This document shows positions 1-9,643 of a DNA stretch of 64,000 nt, one piece after another. The notes under the pieces are model-generated. The model saw nothing but the letters and a program-made list of their open reading frames with translations. It did no database searches and was not told where the DNA came from. Source of the stretch: Candidatus Moranbacteria bacterium GW2011_GWC2_40_12 (GTDB taxonomy: Bacteria > Patescibacteriota > Minisyncoccia > Moranbacterales > UBA11712); contig LBYD01000004.1 in the NCBI GenBank assembly GCA_000995965.1, forward strand, positions 23,711 through 87,710, written 5' to 3'. Position 1 is the first letter of the stretch. Each line of letters starts with the position of its first letter. Both the position numbers and the translations under genes were made by a program.

Positions 1-72
1 ATTCTTTCTTCCGCCAGAACCAAGGTTGCCAAGGCAATGGTTGAGGGGAAGGCGCTCAAAATTGAAGAATAA
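1..72 (+). CDS. 3' end of an upstream CDS (partial; ...RTKVAKAMVEGKALKIEE*)
   Basis: Open frame runs into the window and ends at TAA 70-72; the product cannot be identified from 23 aa. Confidence 0.2.
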   Translation: MLSSARTKVAKAMVEGKALKIEE

Positions 73-223
73 TAAAGAGATACGGTGAAGTATAATGTAT
101 CCACCATTATCACTATAATCCTATATGCCCGCCTGCCGGCAGGCAGGGACAACCGCGAAAGTTTGCAATAAATACAAGAAAAATGCCTTTTTTAGGCGTT
201 TTTTGATTGGTCAGAAATTTAGC

Positions 224-257
224 TTGACAATGGGGTATTTTTGATATATTCTATAAA
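224..257 (+). promoter_or_regulatory. sigma70-like promoter (TTGACA -17- TATATT)
   Basis: TTGACA at ~224 and a TATATT-like -10 about 17 nt downstream, ahead of the ORF at 353. Confidence 0.3.
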
Positions 258-352
258 GTCAAAAATACAATCAAAAAAGGAGTCAATCGTGGTGAATTTA
301 GAGGGGAAAAATCCCTGAAGTTGAAAATTACACCCCCTAGGAGGTTTTACAC

Positions 353-709
353 ATGTATCAAGTTGCCGTTGTTGTTTTTACCTACTTGGCCAAAGAGAGG
401 CCGAAGGCGTCCCCAGCCCCCGAAGACCTGTTGTATATGGATGTCCAGATCGGCCGGCGGGAAGCAACGAAGCTTCGGCTCGATGTCTACACCGCAGACC
501 CTGATTTCGGTCAAATCGGCAGGTGTTGCGTGCCCCATGAGACCGAAATCAGCTTAGAATACAATGATCTCTTTTGGGGAAGTCGGGTCGATTGCCTCGA
601 GGCGGGCCTGGTTCCGTTCAGCTTATTTTTCAAAGAGAGCGGCAGGCTTCTCGAGGCATATATCCCGGAGAACAAGCTGCCGCAATTGAAAGAGATCTTC
701 CACTGTTGA
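353..709 (+). CDS. hypothetical protein (118 aa)
   Basis: Strong SD (AGGAGG) 8 nt before the ATG; GC-richer than the flanks; no recognisable motifs. Confidence 0.45.
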   Translation: MYQVAVVVFTYLAKERPKASPAPEDLLYMDVQIGRREATKLRLDVYTADPDFGQIGRCCVPHETEISLEYNDLFWGSRVDCLEAGLVPFSLFFKESGRLLEAYIPENKLPQLKEIFHC

Positions 710-724
710 TTATTCCGCCTTAAA

Positions 725-770
725 GAGCCCCTTAGGTGTATCCGCATCTCTGGGGCTCAAACTTTTTCGT
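725..770 (+). terminator. putative intrinsic terminator
   Basis: Stem GAGCCCC...GGGGCTC followed by a weak T-run (CTTTTT), directly after the ORF stop. Confidence 0.3.
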
Positions 771-946
771 GGGATATTTTTGGTGTCCGCTCCGCTTGAC
801 TATGTTTCGAGTATAACCGCTCCTAAAGTTCGACTTTAGGAATCGGAAACCAAATCTCCCGAGCCCGCTCCGCTCTGCTTTGTTTTGATGGAAAAAAACG
901 GAAAAAAGAGTTATAATAAAAATAAAGATAATTTCCGCTCAATCAA

Positions 947-1984
947 ATGAATCGGCATAAATCAGAACTTTATTTTTTACTAATCCTGATTGCGGGAATT
1001 TTTCTGTTGACCTTTTTTATTTTTAAGCCGTTCATCTATACGCTTATCCTGGCGATGGTTTTTGCCGCCGTTTTTGATCCGATCCATAAAAAAATTCTCG
1101 TGTTTACGGGCGGAAAAAAGGCTTTGGCGGCTTTACTGGCCGCTGTTCTCGTACTGATCGTCTTTATCGTACCTGTTTTGTTTGTCGGCATACAGATTTT
1201 CCAGGAAAGCTCGCAGCTTTATTCTTTTCTTACGCAAGGCGGCGGAGCCATTGACTTTTCCCGCGGCGTGGGAGACGCGGCGCGCGGACTGGAAAAATTT
1301 ATTCCCGCGTCGATGCACTTTTCCGTTGATTTTAATCAATACGCAAGGCAGGGACTGGACTGGATAGTCTCGCATCTGGGTCCTCTTTTTGCGAATGTGG
1401 CGAAAATATTGGTCGGAATTTTCGTTTTTCTGGCCGCTCTTTATTATTTGTTCAAAGACGGACAAAAACTCAAAAAGGCCTTAGTCGTTTTGAGCCCCCT
1501 GCAGGATATTCACGACGAAAAAATTTTCAGCAGGCTGGAACTCGCGATCAATTCGGTAATCAGAGGGAGTCTCGCGGTAGCGCTTATCCAGGGCTTGCTG
1601 ACCGCCATCGGATTCTCTATTTTCGGAGTTCCCAGCGCGGCGCTTTGGGGCAGCGTGGCGGCCATTGCCGCGCTAATTCCCGGTGTCGGAACGGCTCTGG
1701 TGCTCGTTCCGGCCATCCTGTTTCTTTTCTTGAGCGGGGAATCTTTTTCCGCGGTAGGTCTGCTTATCTGGGGAGTGACGGCAGTGGGTCTGGTGGATAA
1801 CTTCCTGGGGCCGAAACTTGTGGGAAGCGGAACTCAGCTTCATCCATTCCTTATCCTTCTTTCCATTCTGGGCGGTATCGGCTTTTTCGGTCCGCTGGGA
1901 TTTTTGCTGGGGCCGCTTGTGCTGAGTCTGCTTTTTGCCCTTCTCGAGATTTATTCAACTATTCGCAAGGAACATGAAAGATAA
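947..1984 (+). CDS. AI-2E family transporter (PerM/UPF0118-type permease)
   Basis: 345 aa, about 8 hydrophobic helices, typical length and Gly-rich C-terminal helices of the AI-2E family. Confidence 0.65.
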   Translation: MNRHKSELYFLLILIAGIFLLTFFIFKPFIYTLILAMVFAAVFDPIHKKILVFTGGKKALAALLAAVLVLIVFIVPVLFVGIQIFQESSQLYSFLTQGGGAIDFSRGVGDAARGLEKFIPASMHFSVDFNQYARQGLDWIVSHLGPLFANVAKILVGIFVFLAALYYLFKDGQKLKKALVVLSPLQDIHDEKIFSRLELAINSVIRGSLAVALIQGLLTAIGFSIFGVPSAALWGSVAAIAALIPGVGTALVLVPAILFLFLSGESFSAVGLLIWGVTAVGLVDNFLGPKLVGSGTQLHPFLILLSILGGIGFFGPLGFLLGPLVLSLLFALLEIYSTIRKEHER

Positions 1985-2078
1985 CCGATTCTTCGCAAAG
2001 AATTGTTTCAAGTGATAAACTTTAATTCTGCTAAGCTCCGCTATCAAGTTTTGCGAGCTTTAGAAATCTCTGAAGTCC

Positions 2079-2831
2079 ATGAAAAAACCCGATGAAATAA
2101 AAAAAATCGTCAAAGACAAGTATGGCGAAATTGCTGCCGGCAATTCAGGATGCGGATGTGGCTGTGGCTGCGGAAATGAATCCAATGAGCAGATTGCCAA
2201 AAGCATCGGCTACTCGGAGGAAGAAATAAATTCTGTTTCTGAAGCCAACTTGGGCCTGGGATGCGGAAATCCAACCGCAATGGGGGAAATCAAGGAAGGG
2301 GAAACAGTTTTGGATTTGGGTTCGGGAGCGGGATTTGATTGTTTTTTGGCTGCGAAGATGGTTGGCGGTTCGGGCAAAGTGATTGGAGTGGATATGACGA
2401 AAGAGATGATTGAAAAAGCCAAAGACAATGCTGAAAAATATGGATATACAAATGTTGAATTCAGGCCGGGAGAAATCGAAAAATTGCCAATTGATGACAA
2501 CTCCATTGACGTTGTGATAAGCAACTGTGTCATCAATCTTGTTCCCGATAAAACAAAAGCATTCAAAGAAATCTATCGGGTTTTGAAAAAAGGAGGAAAA
2601 ATGTATATTTCTGATATTGTGCTGCTTGAAAATCTTTCCGAAAAGGAGAAAAATGACGAAGGGCTTTTGGCGGGTTGTGTCGGGGGCGCCCTTCTCAAGG
2701 ACGAATATCTCAAAATTATTGAGGACACTGGATTTGAAATGAAAGGTTTGTCGGAAGACAAGGATATCAGCAAGAGACAATATCAGGGAATTTTGCTTGA
2801 GAGTTTGAAGGTCGAGGCTCGCAAGCCATGA
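2079..2831 (+). CDS. arsM: arsenite methyltransferase-like (ArsM/UbiE-type) SAM-dependent methyltransferase
   Basis: [14 protein letters not shown] motif I and VISNCVINL motif typical of ArsM; N-terminal (Cys-Gly)4 run; a third conserved Cys region GCVGG. Confidence 0.6.
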   Translation: MKKPDEIKKIVKDKYGEIAAGNSGCGCGCGCGNESNEQIAKSIGYSEEEINSVSEANLGLGCGNPTAMGEIKEGETVLDLGSGAGFDCFLAAKMVGGSGKVIGVDMTKEMIEKAKDNAEKYGYTNVEFRPGEIEKLPIDDNSIDVVISNCVINLVPDKTKAFKEIYRVLKKGGKMYISDIVLLENLSEKEKNDEGLLAGCVGGALLKDEYLKIIEDTGFEMKGLSEDKDISKRQYQGILLESLKVEARKP

Positions 2832-2946
2832 ACATTTCTGAAATCGCGAGCCTTGTATTCGAAAGACTGGGACAAAGCCCGTTTTTCTTTTTGGAAATAT
2901 TTGATATAATAATTTTACAATCACACAATTCCTTATCAGAGAAAAA

Positions 2947-3924
2947 ATGAAAAAACAAAAACCATCTTCCAAAGGCATCATTTATCCAATCAAGCATCTT
3001 TTTGATCGAAAGCAAAAGCCGTTGCTTCACACAATAGAATGGATGTTCGTGCTATTGGCTTTTTTTGGGATCGGCCTCTCAGTCATGTATCACGAACGCG
3101 TGACGATGTTTTTTGAAGAGGCAAAATTTTTTCCGCCCGGGAGCAAAGAAGCGCTGATCCAGACTCCCGAGGAGCAAAAATTATTCACCGGAGAAACGGT
3201 TGCGGAGCCGATTGACACGACTGCCTGGGATACCTATCAAAACAAATGGTATGGTTTTGAGATTCAGCATCCCGATTCATGGAAAAACAACACGCAATAC
3301 AAAACGGCGACTGAAAAAAGCGCCGTCTATGAAACTATTTATAAATACAGGAAAGACAGTGACGACGCGAGCGATACTTTTGAGGGATACGACGTGAAAA
3401 TATATCCGGTGAAAAAAATAAAAAATGTCGAAAGCACGAATGATATTCACAAAAAAGAAGGAGCGCCCGATGACACGAGCGGATGTGAACTCTTTGAAGA
3501 AATGAATTTCGGACCGGAAGGATTTTATTTCCAAAAAGTGAGCGTGAAAGATGACAGCCCCTGCTATGAGCCGGCTTATTTCTATAGCCTTACGAAAGGG
3601 AACTATATCTATAATATTGTTCCGGCAGTCGGGGAAAGCGGTGAAAGATTTTCCGATCCGGAAAAGGAAACAAATCGAAGGTTCCCCGAATACAAAGAGG
3701 CTGTCAATTCTTTCAAATTTATTCAAATAGTCCGTCCTCAAGCCAAAGCCAGGCCGAAAATCACCGCCAAACGGCCGGTTTCAGCGAAAGTTGTCGGCGG
3801 AAAACTGGTCTGCGCCAAAAAGAACGACAAGCCCCGAAAAAGCAAGCAGAACAAACCGGGGCATATGGACATGGAATGCTGTCTCGATCCGGACGAAATC
3901 CCAAATCCGTGGTGCACGTATTGA
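2947..3924 (+). CDS. hypothetical membrane-anchored / secreted protein
   Basis: N-terminal TM helix after a basic N-terminus; Lys/Pro-rich C-terminal tail with Cys pairs; no known domain recognised. Confidence 0.5.
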   Translation: MKKQKPSSKGIIYPIKHLFDRKQKPLLHTIEWMFVLLAFFGIGLSVMYHERVTMFFEEAKFFPPGSKEALIQTPEEQKLFTGETVAEPIDTTAWDTYQNKWYGFEIQHPDSWKNNTQYKTATEKSAVYETIYKYRKDSDDASDTFEGYDVKIYPVKKIKNVESTNDIHKKEGAPDDTSGCELFEEMNFGPEGFYFQKVSVKDDSPCYEPAYFYSLTKGNYIYNIVPAVGESGERFSDPEKETNRRFPEYKEAVNSFKFIQIVRPQAKARPKITAKRPVSAKVVGGKLVCAKKNDKPRKSKQNKPGHMDMECCLDPDEIPNPWCTY

Positions 3925-4047
3925 TGTAACCGCGAGACCAAGATATTGAACAAATAACGGAAATGCCAATCAGAAAAGAAACGCCAAAATGGCGTTTTTT
4001 TTTAGCTATGCTATAATTTTAGAAAGAATAAAAGGTAAGAAAATAAT

Positions 4048-4488
4048 ATGCTTATCAAAGACATAATGACCCAGGATGTCATTACGGTTTCCAAAGAAAC
4101 CCCTCTCAAAGAAGCGGCGGGGCTTCTGGCCAAATTTCGCGTTCACGGACTGCCGGTCGTCGATGGAAATAAAAAGGTCGTCGGCATTGTCACGGAAAGT
4201 GATTTTTTTACGAAAGATGCATCAAATATTTTTCTGCCGACTTTTCTTGAATTTGTCTCGCGTGGAAATCCCGGCGATTCCAATGGCGCTGATCTCTCAG
4301 AATTTGGCTCAAAGACCAAAATAGAGGATATCATGACCAGGGAATGTGTAACCATAAAAGCCGGCGAATCCATTGAACAGCTCATTCGGCACATAAAAGA
4401 AAGGAATTTCAACTCCATGCCGGTTGTTGATGATCAAAATACTCTGGTGGGAATCGTATCAATCATGGATGTGATTAGATTATTATAA
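4048..4488 (+). CDS. CBS-domain pair protein
   Basis: Two CBS repeats (..VITV..LPVVD..KVVGIVTESD.. and ..CVTIK..MPVVDDQNTLVGIVSIMD). Confidence 0.75.
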   Translation: MLIKDIMTQDVITVSKETPLKEAAGLLAKFRVHGLPVVDGNKKVVGIVTESDFFTKDASNIFLPTFLEFVSRGNPGDSNGADLSEFGSKTKIEDIMTRECVTIKAGESIEQLIRHIKERNFNSMPVVDDQNTLVGIVSIMDVIRLL

Positions 4489-4499
4489 AGAATAAGAAA

Positions 4500-4889
4500 A
4501 TGAACGTCCAAAAGCAAAGAAGCATTTGCCTGGTGGAAGATGACTTGATGATTCAGGAAGCATATGCGGTGAAGCTGAGGGAGAGGGGATATCAAGTTGT
4601 CACAGCGTCGGATGGATCCCAAGGACTCGAGGTTCTCCGGCAGAGAAAACCGGATATCGCCCTAATAGACATAAATATGCCAATCATGGATGGCCTTGAA
4701 CTTATGGGTGAAATGGCAAAAGACCCGAATTTAGCTGATATTCCGGTCATCGTCCTCACAAATTATGATGATAATAAATTGGTCAAAAAAGCCGGAAAAC
4801 TCCAGAGTCGTTTCTATCTGATAAAATCGCTCTACACCCCCGCAAAGGTGGTGGATGTTGTCGAGGAAGTTTTGCACAACCGGCTCTGA
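4500..4889 (+). CDS. stand-alone response regulator receiver (CheY-like)
   Basis: LVEDD...D(I)NMP...LTNYDD receiver signature with the phospho-acceptor Asp; no output domain. Confidence 0.75.
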   Translation: MNVQKQRSICLVEDDLMIQEAYAVKLRERGYQVVTASDGSQGLEVLRQRKPDIALIDINMPIMDGLELMGEMAKDPNLADIPVIVLTNYDDNKLVKKAGKLQSRFYLIKSLYTPAKVVDVVEEVLHNRL

Positions 4890-4974
4890 ATGGTATTTAT
4901 AAAAAAATATCTCAAATAATTGTTTTCCCATCAGCCGCAAAAGCGGAAATAAACATAAAAATAAAATAAAAAAA

Positions 4975-5709
4975 ATGCAGCAGAAAAAAAACAAACCAAA
5001 AGATATCCAAGTTCAGAAAAATAGCAACAAAATCATCTTTTGGATTCTTGGCGGGTGCTTGGCGCTATTGCTTCTCGGTGGCGTTTTTTTTGGGGGGATA
5101 GCCTATTGGAGCTACAAAAAGGTGAAGAAAGACATAAAGGAAAATCAGCGGAGATTTGAACAAGCTCAAAATCAAGCCCAAAATTCCAGTCCCAAAACAG
5201 GAGCGAGCGCCATAACGAACCAAATATCAATTCCGGAAGAGCCTGCGGCGATGGAGGAAACGTATAGGGGCGGTGTTCCTGATGACATTTATCCTCCGGC
5301 AGTTTCCGAAAAGGCGATCGGTTTTGTGAAAAAAGCTTATGCAAAGGGCGGAAAAAATTATATTGAAATTGATTACATCCAGTGGCTTACCGGTGATGTG
5401 GCGGAAAAGGCCATGCGTGAAGACGGCGAGTGTCCGAAGAAAGGCGAATGCATTGTTCTCAATGATTATTATATCCGCAACCAAAATCCGCTCATCCGGA
5501 CTTTTGAAGTCGCATCGGATGCCGAGATCCTCGCCCATGATTTCAGCTCTTATGACGCGAATGCAAATTGGAACGAGAGCTGGACTTTCACCCGGTTTAG
5601 CAATTATTTCAATAGGAGCGCCGACAACAGATATTGGGATTCTGTTCCCTTCCATGTCGAAATCGGAAACAACCAGATGCTCAAAATAACGGAACAATAC
5701 ATTCCATAG
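4975..5709 (+). CDS. hypothetical membrane-anchored protein
   Basis: Single N-terminal TM helix followed by a soluble domain; no motif recognised. Confidence 0.45.
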   Translation: MQQKKNKPKDIQVQKNSNKIIFWILGGCLALLLLGGVFFGGIAYWSYKKVKKDIKENQRRFEQAQNQAQNSSPKTGASAITNQISIPEEPAAMEETYRGGVPDDIYPPAVSEKAIGFVKKAYAKGGKNYIEIDYIQWLTGDVAEKAMREDGECPKKGECIVLNDYYIRNQNPLIRTFEVASDAEILAHDFSSYDANANWNESWTFTRFSNYFNRSADNRYWDSVPFHVEIGNNQMLKITEQYIP

Positions 5710-5802
5710 CTGAAATCCGTAAAAACGCCCTGACAAGTGTTGGGGTGTTTTTTTGTTTGCGTTGTGCTAGAATTTTTATAAAGACCGTCTAGCAAAATAA
5801 AA

Positions 5803-7095
5803 ATGCTAAATAACGCGCTGAAAAACCGATATATAAAGGATAATGCAGTAATGATGACCGGAACGGTTCTGGGAGGTTTTTTGGGCTATCTCTATCACTT
5901 TGTCGTCTCTCGCCAAATGTCCGTTGCCGAGTATGGAGAATTGCAAAGTCTCCTGTCTATTTTTTTGATTTTTGGCGTTTTTAATTCCGCAATTTCGTAT
6001 TTCACAGTCAGACACACATCTGTGTTCGCGGTTCACCATGATCAAGCGGCGAATTGGGAATTTGTTGATTACCTGATTCCCAAAGTATTGAAATACGCGA
6101 TGGTGTTTTTTATTTCGCTTCTGGTTTTCAGTTCGATATTTTCTTCCGCACTCCATTTTTCAAGTCCGGTCGGATTTGTGGTGATAAGTCTGGCGACATT
6201 CATTTCGACAATAACTGTCATTTATTCCGAAATATTGCGCGGCTGGAAAGAATTTTTCATAATGAGCGTCATCGGAGTTTCTATTGTCTTTGTGAAGTTA
6301 TTGTCAGGTGTAATATTAACCTTCTTCTCTCATAAGACGTCAATCGTGTCCCTTTCACTGCTAATCCCGTCTTTCGCGGGCTGGTATCTGGCGAAATACT
6401 GGAGTAGAAAAAAAATCGCCATTCAGAATGCGCAGGAAATCAAGGGAGGGTGGAAAGAGAAATATTTTTCCGAAATAAATATCCGGAAATCTGCCATAGC
6501 TATTTTCATTTATTCTCTCGCGCTTGTCTTGGTCTCCAATCTCGACATGATTCTCGTAAAATATTTTTCTTCACCCGAGCTCGCCGGATATTACGGCGCT
6601 TTTGCTCTTCTCGGCAAAATCATCCTCTGGCTCAATCTCGCCGTCATCGGAGTTATGCTTCCGGGAGCTTGTGCTGACGGTCACTCTGGAAAAAGGCCGG
6701 ACAAAAAATATCTTTTGTATTCTTATGGTCTGATGGCAACCGTCGCCGCTGGGATTATTCTGGTTTATTACATAATGCCAAGTTTTGCCATCAAGCTTTT
6801 TTTCGGAAATAAATATGCCGTTAACACCCAAATACTTTGGATATTTGGAGTGATGTCATATTTTCTTTCGATTCTGACATTTGAAGCGAATCTTTCCTTT
6901 GCTAAGCACAATTTCTACGTAGTATATTTTTTGGCGGGGACAGTGCTTTTGATGGTTGCGGGCGTGGCGAAATATCATGCGAGCCTTAAGGAAATAGTCA
7001 TTGCCCTTTCAGTTTCATTTTTGCTTGGCTACCTGTCTGTGGCCATATTGAACTTATCCAGTGAAAAACGGAAGCTAAACGCGGAAAAGATATGA
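5803..7095 (+). CDS. polysaccharide flippase (Wzx/MOP superfamily)
   Basis: 430 aa, about 12 TM helices, the polysaccharide biosynthesis protein architecture, placed at the head of the glycosyltransferase cluster. Confidence 0.65.
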   Translation: MLNNALKNRYIKDNAVMMTGTVLGGFLGYLYHFVVSRQMSVAEYGELQSLLSIFLIFGVFNSAISYFTVRHTSVFAVHHDQAANWEFVDYLIPKVLKYAMVFFISLLVFSSIFSSALHFSSPVGFVVISLATFISTITVIYSEILRGWKEFFIMSVIGVSIVFVKLLSGVILTFFSHKTSIVSLSLLIPSFAGWYLAKYWSRKKIAIQNAQEIKGGWKEKYFSEINIRKSAIAIFIYSLALVLVSNLDMILVKYFSSPELAGYYGAFALLGKIILWLNLAVIGVMLPGACADGHSGKRPDKKYLLYSYGLMATVAAGIILVYYIMPSFAIKLFFGNKYAVNTQILWIFGVMSYFLSILTFEANLSFAKHNFYVVYFLAGTVLLMVAGVAKYHASLKEIVIALSVSFLLGYLSVAILNLSSEKRKLNAEKI

Positions 7096-8069
7096 CGAAA
7101 TACAGCTTCATCATCCCGGTAAAAGAAATCAACGATTATGTTCGGGATAATGTCTCGAGAATTCTCTTGTTTGAAAGAGGTGATTTTGAAATTATAATCT
7201 ATCCCGATAAAGCTACGGAAGAAACCTGGGAAAAAGCAAGGCAGATCCCGACTGGATCCGGAGGCCCTGCAATGAAAAGAAATTTTGCTATCCGCGACGC
7301 GCGAGGCGAAATACTTATTTTTATTGATGATGATGCTTATCCCAAGGATGATTTTTTGAAAATCTTGGAAGCAGATTTCGAAGATAAGAATATCGTCGCA
7401 GTTGGAGGACCGGCCGTTACTCCGAAAGAGAGCAAATTTTGGCAAAGAGTAAGCGGTGCGACTTTTCTGAGCTCTCTCTCGGGGGGATTTCCGGAAAGAT
7501 ATCGGCCTATGGGAAAAAAAATATTCGTGGCTGATTGGCCCAGCGTGAATCTTTCCATCCGAAAGAAAGAGTTTTCCGACTTGGGCGGATTTGCGGGAGA
7601 TTATTGGCCGGGTGATGATACAAGGCTGGGTCTTGATCTTCTCATGAGAAAAAATACCCGCATTTTGTATGACCCGGACCTTATCGTTTATCACCATAGA
7701 CGGGAAGGGATCGTCAAGCATATAAAGCAAATCAGCGGTTATGGGCTGCACCGGGGATTTTTCGCCAAAAAATATCCAAAAACATCCCGAAACTGGAAAT
7801 ATTTTATGCCAAGCTTTTTCTTGCTGTTTATTGTCTTCGGAGGAATTCTTTCTTATTTTTCAAAAATATTTTTTCAGATTTATGTCCTTGGCTGGATAGT
7901 TTATTTCGTGGCATTGCTCAACGCGTTCTATGATATCTATAAGCATGAACGGAATATTCTGGTCACTCTGGCCGCGTCATACTATATTTTTCTCACGCAT
8001 ATTTTTTACGGCATAAGATTCATTCAGGGGTTTGTTTTTACAATTGAGTTAAAGAGCAAACTAAGGTAG
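7092..8069 (+). CDS. family 2 glycosyltransferase with C-terminal TM helices
   Basis: FIIPVKE...DDDAYP (DXD) GT-A signatures; start overlaps the previous stop (ATGA). Confidence 0.75.
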   Translation: MTKYSFIIPVKEINDYVRDNVSRILLFERGDFEIIIYPDKATEETWEKARQIPTGSGGPAMKRNFAIRDARGEILIFIDDDAYPKDDFLKILEADFEDKNIVAVGGPAVTPKESKFWQRVSGATFLSSLSGGFPERYRPMGKKIFVADWPSVNLSIRKKEFSDLGGFAGDYWPGDDTRLGLDLLMRKNTRILYDPDLIVYHHRREGIVKHIKQISGYGLHRGFFAKKYPKTSRNWKYFMPSFFLLFIVFGGILSYFSKIFFQIYVLGWIVYFVALLNAFYDIYKHERNILVTLAASYYIFLTHIFYGIRFIQGFVFTIELKSKLR

Positions 8070-8167
8070 TCTCTGCGAACTACAAAAACGCTTCGCTCTA
8101 CGAAAATCCGAACTACGAAAATTTTCGGATATTCGCAATTAATTCGTAGTTCGTAGAGAAAAAATCT

Positions 8168-9637
8168 ATGAAAAAGCTCAAAATATCAATATCATATCCA
8201 CCTCTGGAATCTCCCAAGGGCGTGCCTCTCCTTTCCCAAAATCGCCAATTTCAGTGGTTTTCCGACCCGACCTATATCTATCCGATGATTCCAGCCTCGG
8301 CCGCAACTTTATTGAAAGAAAACGGTTATGAGGTTTTTTGGGACGACGCGATTGCCGAAGAACTAAGCTATCATGAATGGCTGAAAAGGTTGGAAAAAGA
8401 GAATCCGGATATTATCGCATTCGAAACCAAGACGCCAGTGATAAAAAGGCACTGGGAAATAATTAATGGCATCAAAAATTCAAAATTCAAAATTCAAAAT
8501 TCAAAATTCATTCTGATGGGTGATCATGCCACGGCTCTTCCAGAAGAATCTCTTCTAAATTCCAAAGTTGATTATGTTCTTGCGGGAGGAGATTATGACT
8601 TTATGCTTTTGAGCATCGCGAACAAATTGGCGGGGACAGCCGAGCTGGAAGGGGGAGTATATTATCGCGACGGAAAAAGCGTGGAAAATTCCGGAAAATA
8701 CGATCCTTCAAAACATGCTCTGGACGATCTTCCTCAAATTGACCGCCGGCTCACGAAGTGGGAACTTTACGCCAATAAAAATGGGAATTTCAAATATACT
8801 CCCGGGTCGTATGTCATGAACGCCCGGGACTGCTGGTGGGGAAAATGCAGTTTTTGTTCCTGGACAACGATGTTTCCGGGTGAAAAATGCCGGACTCGTT
8901 CGGCTCAAAAAGCGCTTGACGAAATCGGCGAGCTTGTTAATTTGGGCGTGAAAGAAATAATGGAAGATTCCGGTACGCTTCCAATCGGAAAATGGCTCGA
9001 AGATTTTTGCGAAGGGATGATCGAGAAGGGATACAGCGAGAAAGTGAAAATCAGCTGCAATATGAGGCTGAATGCTATCAGGGATTTCAAAATTTATAAA
9101 TTGATGAAAAAAGCGGGCTTCCGGATGATACTGTTTGGGCTTGAATCGGCGAATCAAAATACTTTGGATAAAATTAATAAAAATTTGAAAGTCGAAGAAA
9201 TAGAGCCGGCTCTCAAAATGTGCAAAGCGGCTGGCCTTGAGCCGCACATCACCGTGATGGCCGGCTATCCCTGGGAAAAGAAAGAAGATGTCGAAAATAC
9301 TTTGTGTTTTGTGAAAAAATTATTCAAGAAAGGATATGTTGATTCTTTGCAGGCGACGCTCGTGATCCCGTATCCCGGCACGCCGCTCTATAAATACTGC
9401 CGGGAAAATAATTTGCTTTTGACGGAAGATTACGCACGTTTCGACCAGCGCGAGCCGGTGATGAAAACGGAGATGTCGCCTGATGAACTCAAAAAAATGA
9501 TCGGCAAATTATACCGATCATTCGTCACGCCGAAATTTTTGGCAAAAAAAATAACCGGCATAAAGAACTGGCAGGATATAAAACACATATCTCGCGCCGG
9601 CAAAAAAGTGCTGGGGCACCTCACCGATTTTTCTTGA
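8168..9637 (+). CDS. B12-binding domain radical SAM protein
   Basis: N-terminal cobalamin-binding-like domain, Cys cluster CWWGKCSFC, and a FGLESANQNTLDKINK (Elp3/MiaB-like) core; contains the (AAAATTC)5 repeat. Confidence 0.7.
   Translation: MKKLKISISYPPLESPKGVPLLSQNRQFQWFSDPTYIYPMIPASAATLLKENGYEVFWDDAIAEELSYHEWLKRLEKENPDIIAFETKTPVIKRHWEIINGIKNSKFKIQNSKFILMGDHATALPEESLLNSKVDYVLAGGDYDFMLLSIANKLAGTAELEGGVYYRDGKSVENSGKYDPSKHALDDLPQIDRRLTKWELYANKNGNFKYTPGSYVMNARDCWWGKCSFCSWTTMFPGEKCRTRSAQKALDEIGELVNLGVKEIMEDSGTLPIGKWLEDFCEGMIEKGYSEKVKISCNMRLNAIRDFKIYKLMKKAGFRMILFGLESANQNTLDKINKNLKVEEIEPALKMCKAAGLEPHITVMAGYPWEKKEDVENTLCFVKKLFKKGYVDSLQATLVIPYPGTPLYKYCRENNLLLTEDYARFDQREPVMKTEMSPDELKKMIGKLYRSFVTPKFLAKKITGIKNWQDIKHISRAGKKVLGHLTDFS
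8475..8509 (+). repeat. (AAAATTC)5 heptanucleotide tandem repeat inside a CDS
   Basis: Five perfect 7-nt units, read directly; encodes NSKFKIQNSKF in the radical SAM protein. Confidence 0.9.
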
Positions 9638-9643
9638 AAAAGC

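Noticed and set aside
2145-2981. Long antisense ORF (278 aa, minus strand) across the ArsM-like gene; similar shadow ORFs at 3277-3741, 5227-5736, 8708-9247, 9621-10235, 35801-36238, 36242-36694, 37888-38415, 45400-46104, 47470-48117 (+), 52885-53439, 55641-56105 and 60002-60436
   Set aside because: Each overlaps a motif-supported CDS on the other strand, lacks an SD and recognisable domains, and its low-complexity composition is typical of shadow frames in AT-rich DNA.
8475-8509. CRISPR array interpretation of the heptamer repeats (8475-8509, 51641-51675)
   Set aside because: The units are 7 nt with no spacers; no cas genes are present anywhere in the window. They are microsatellites, not CRISPR.
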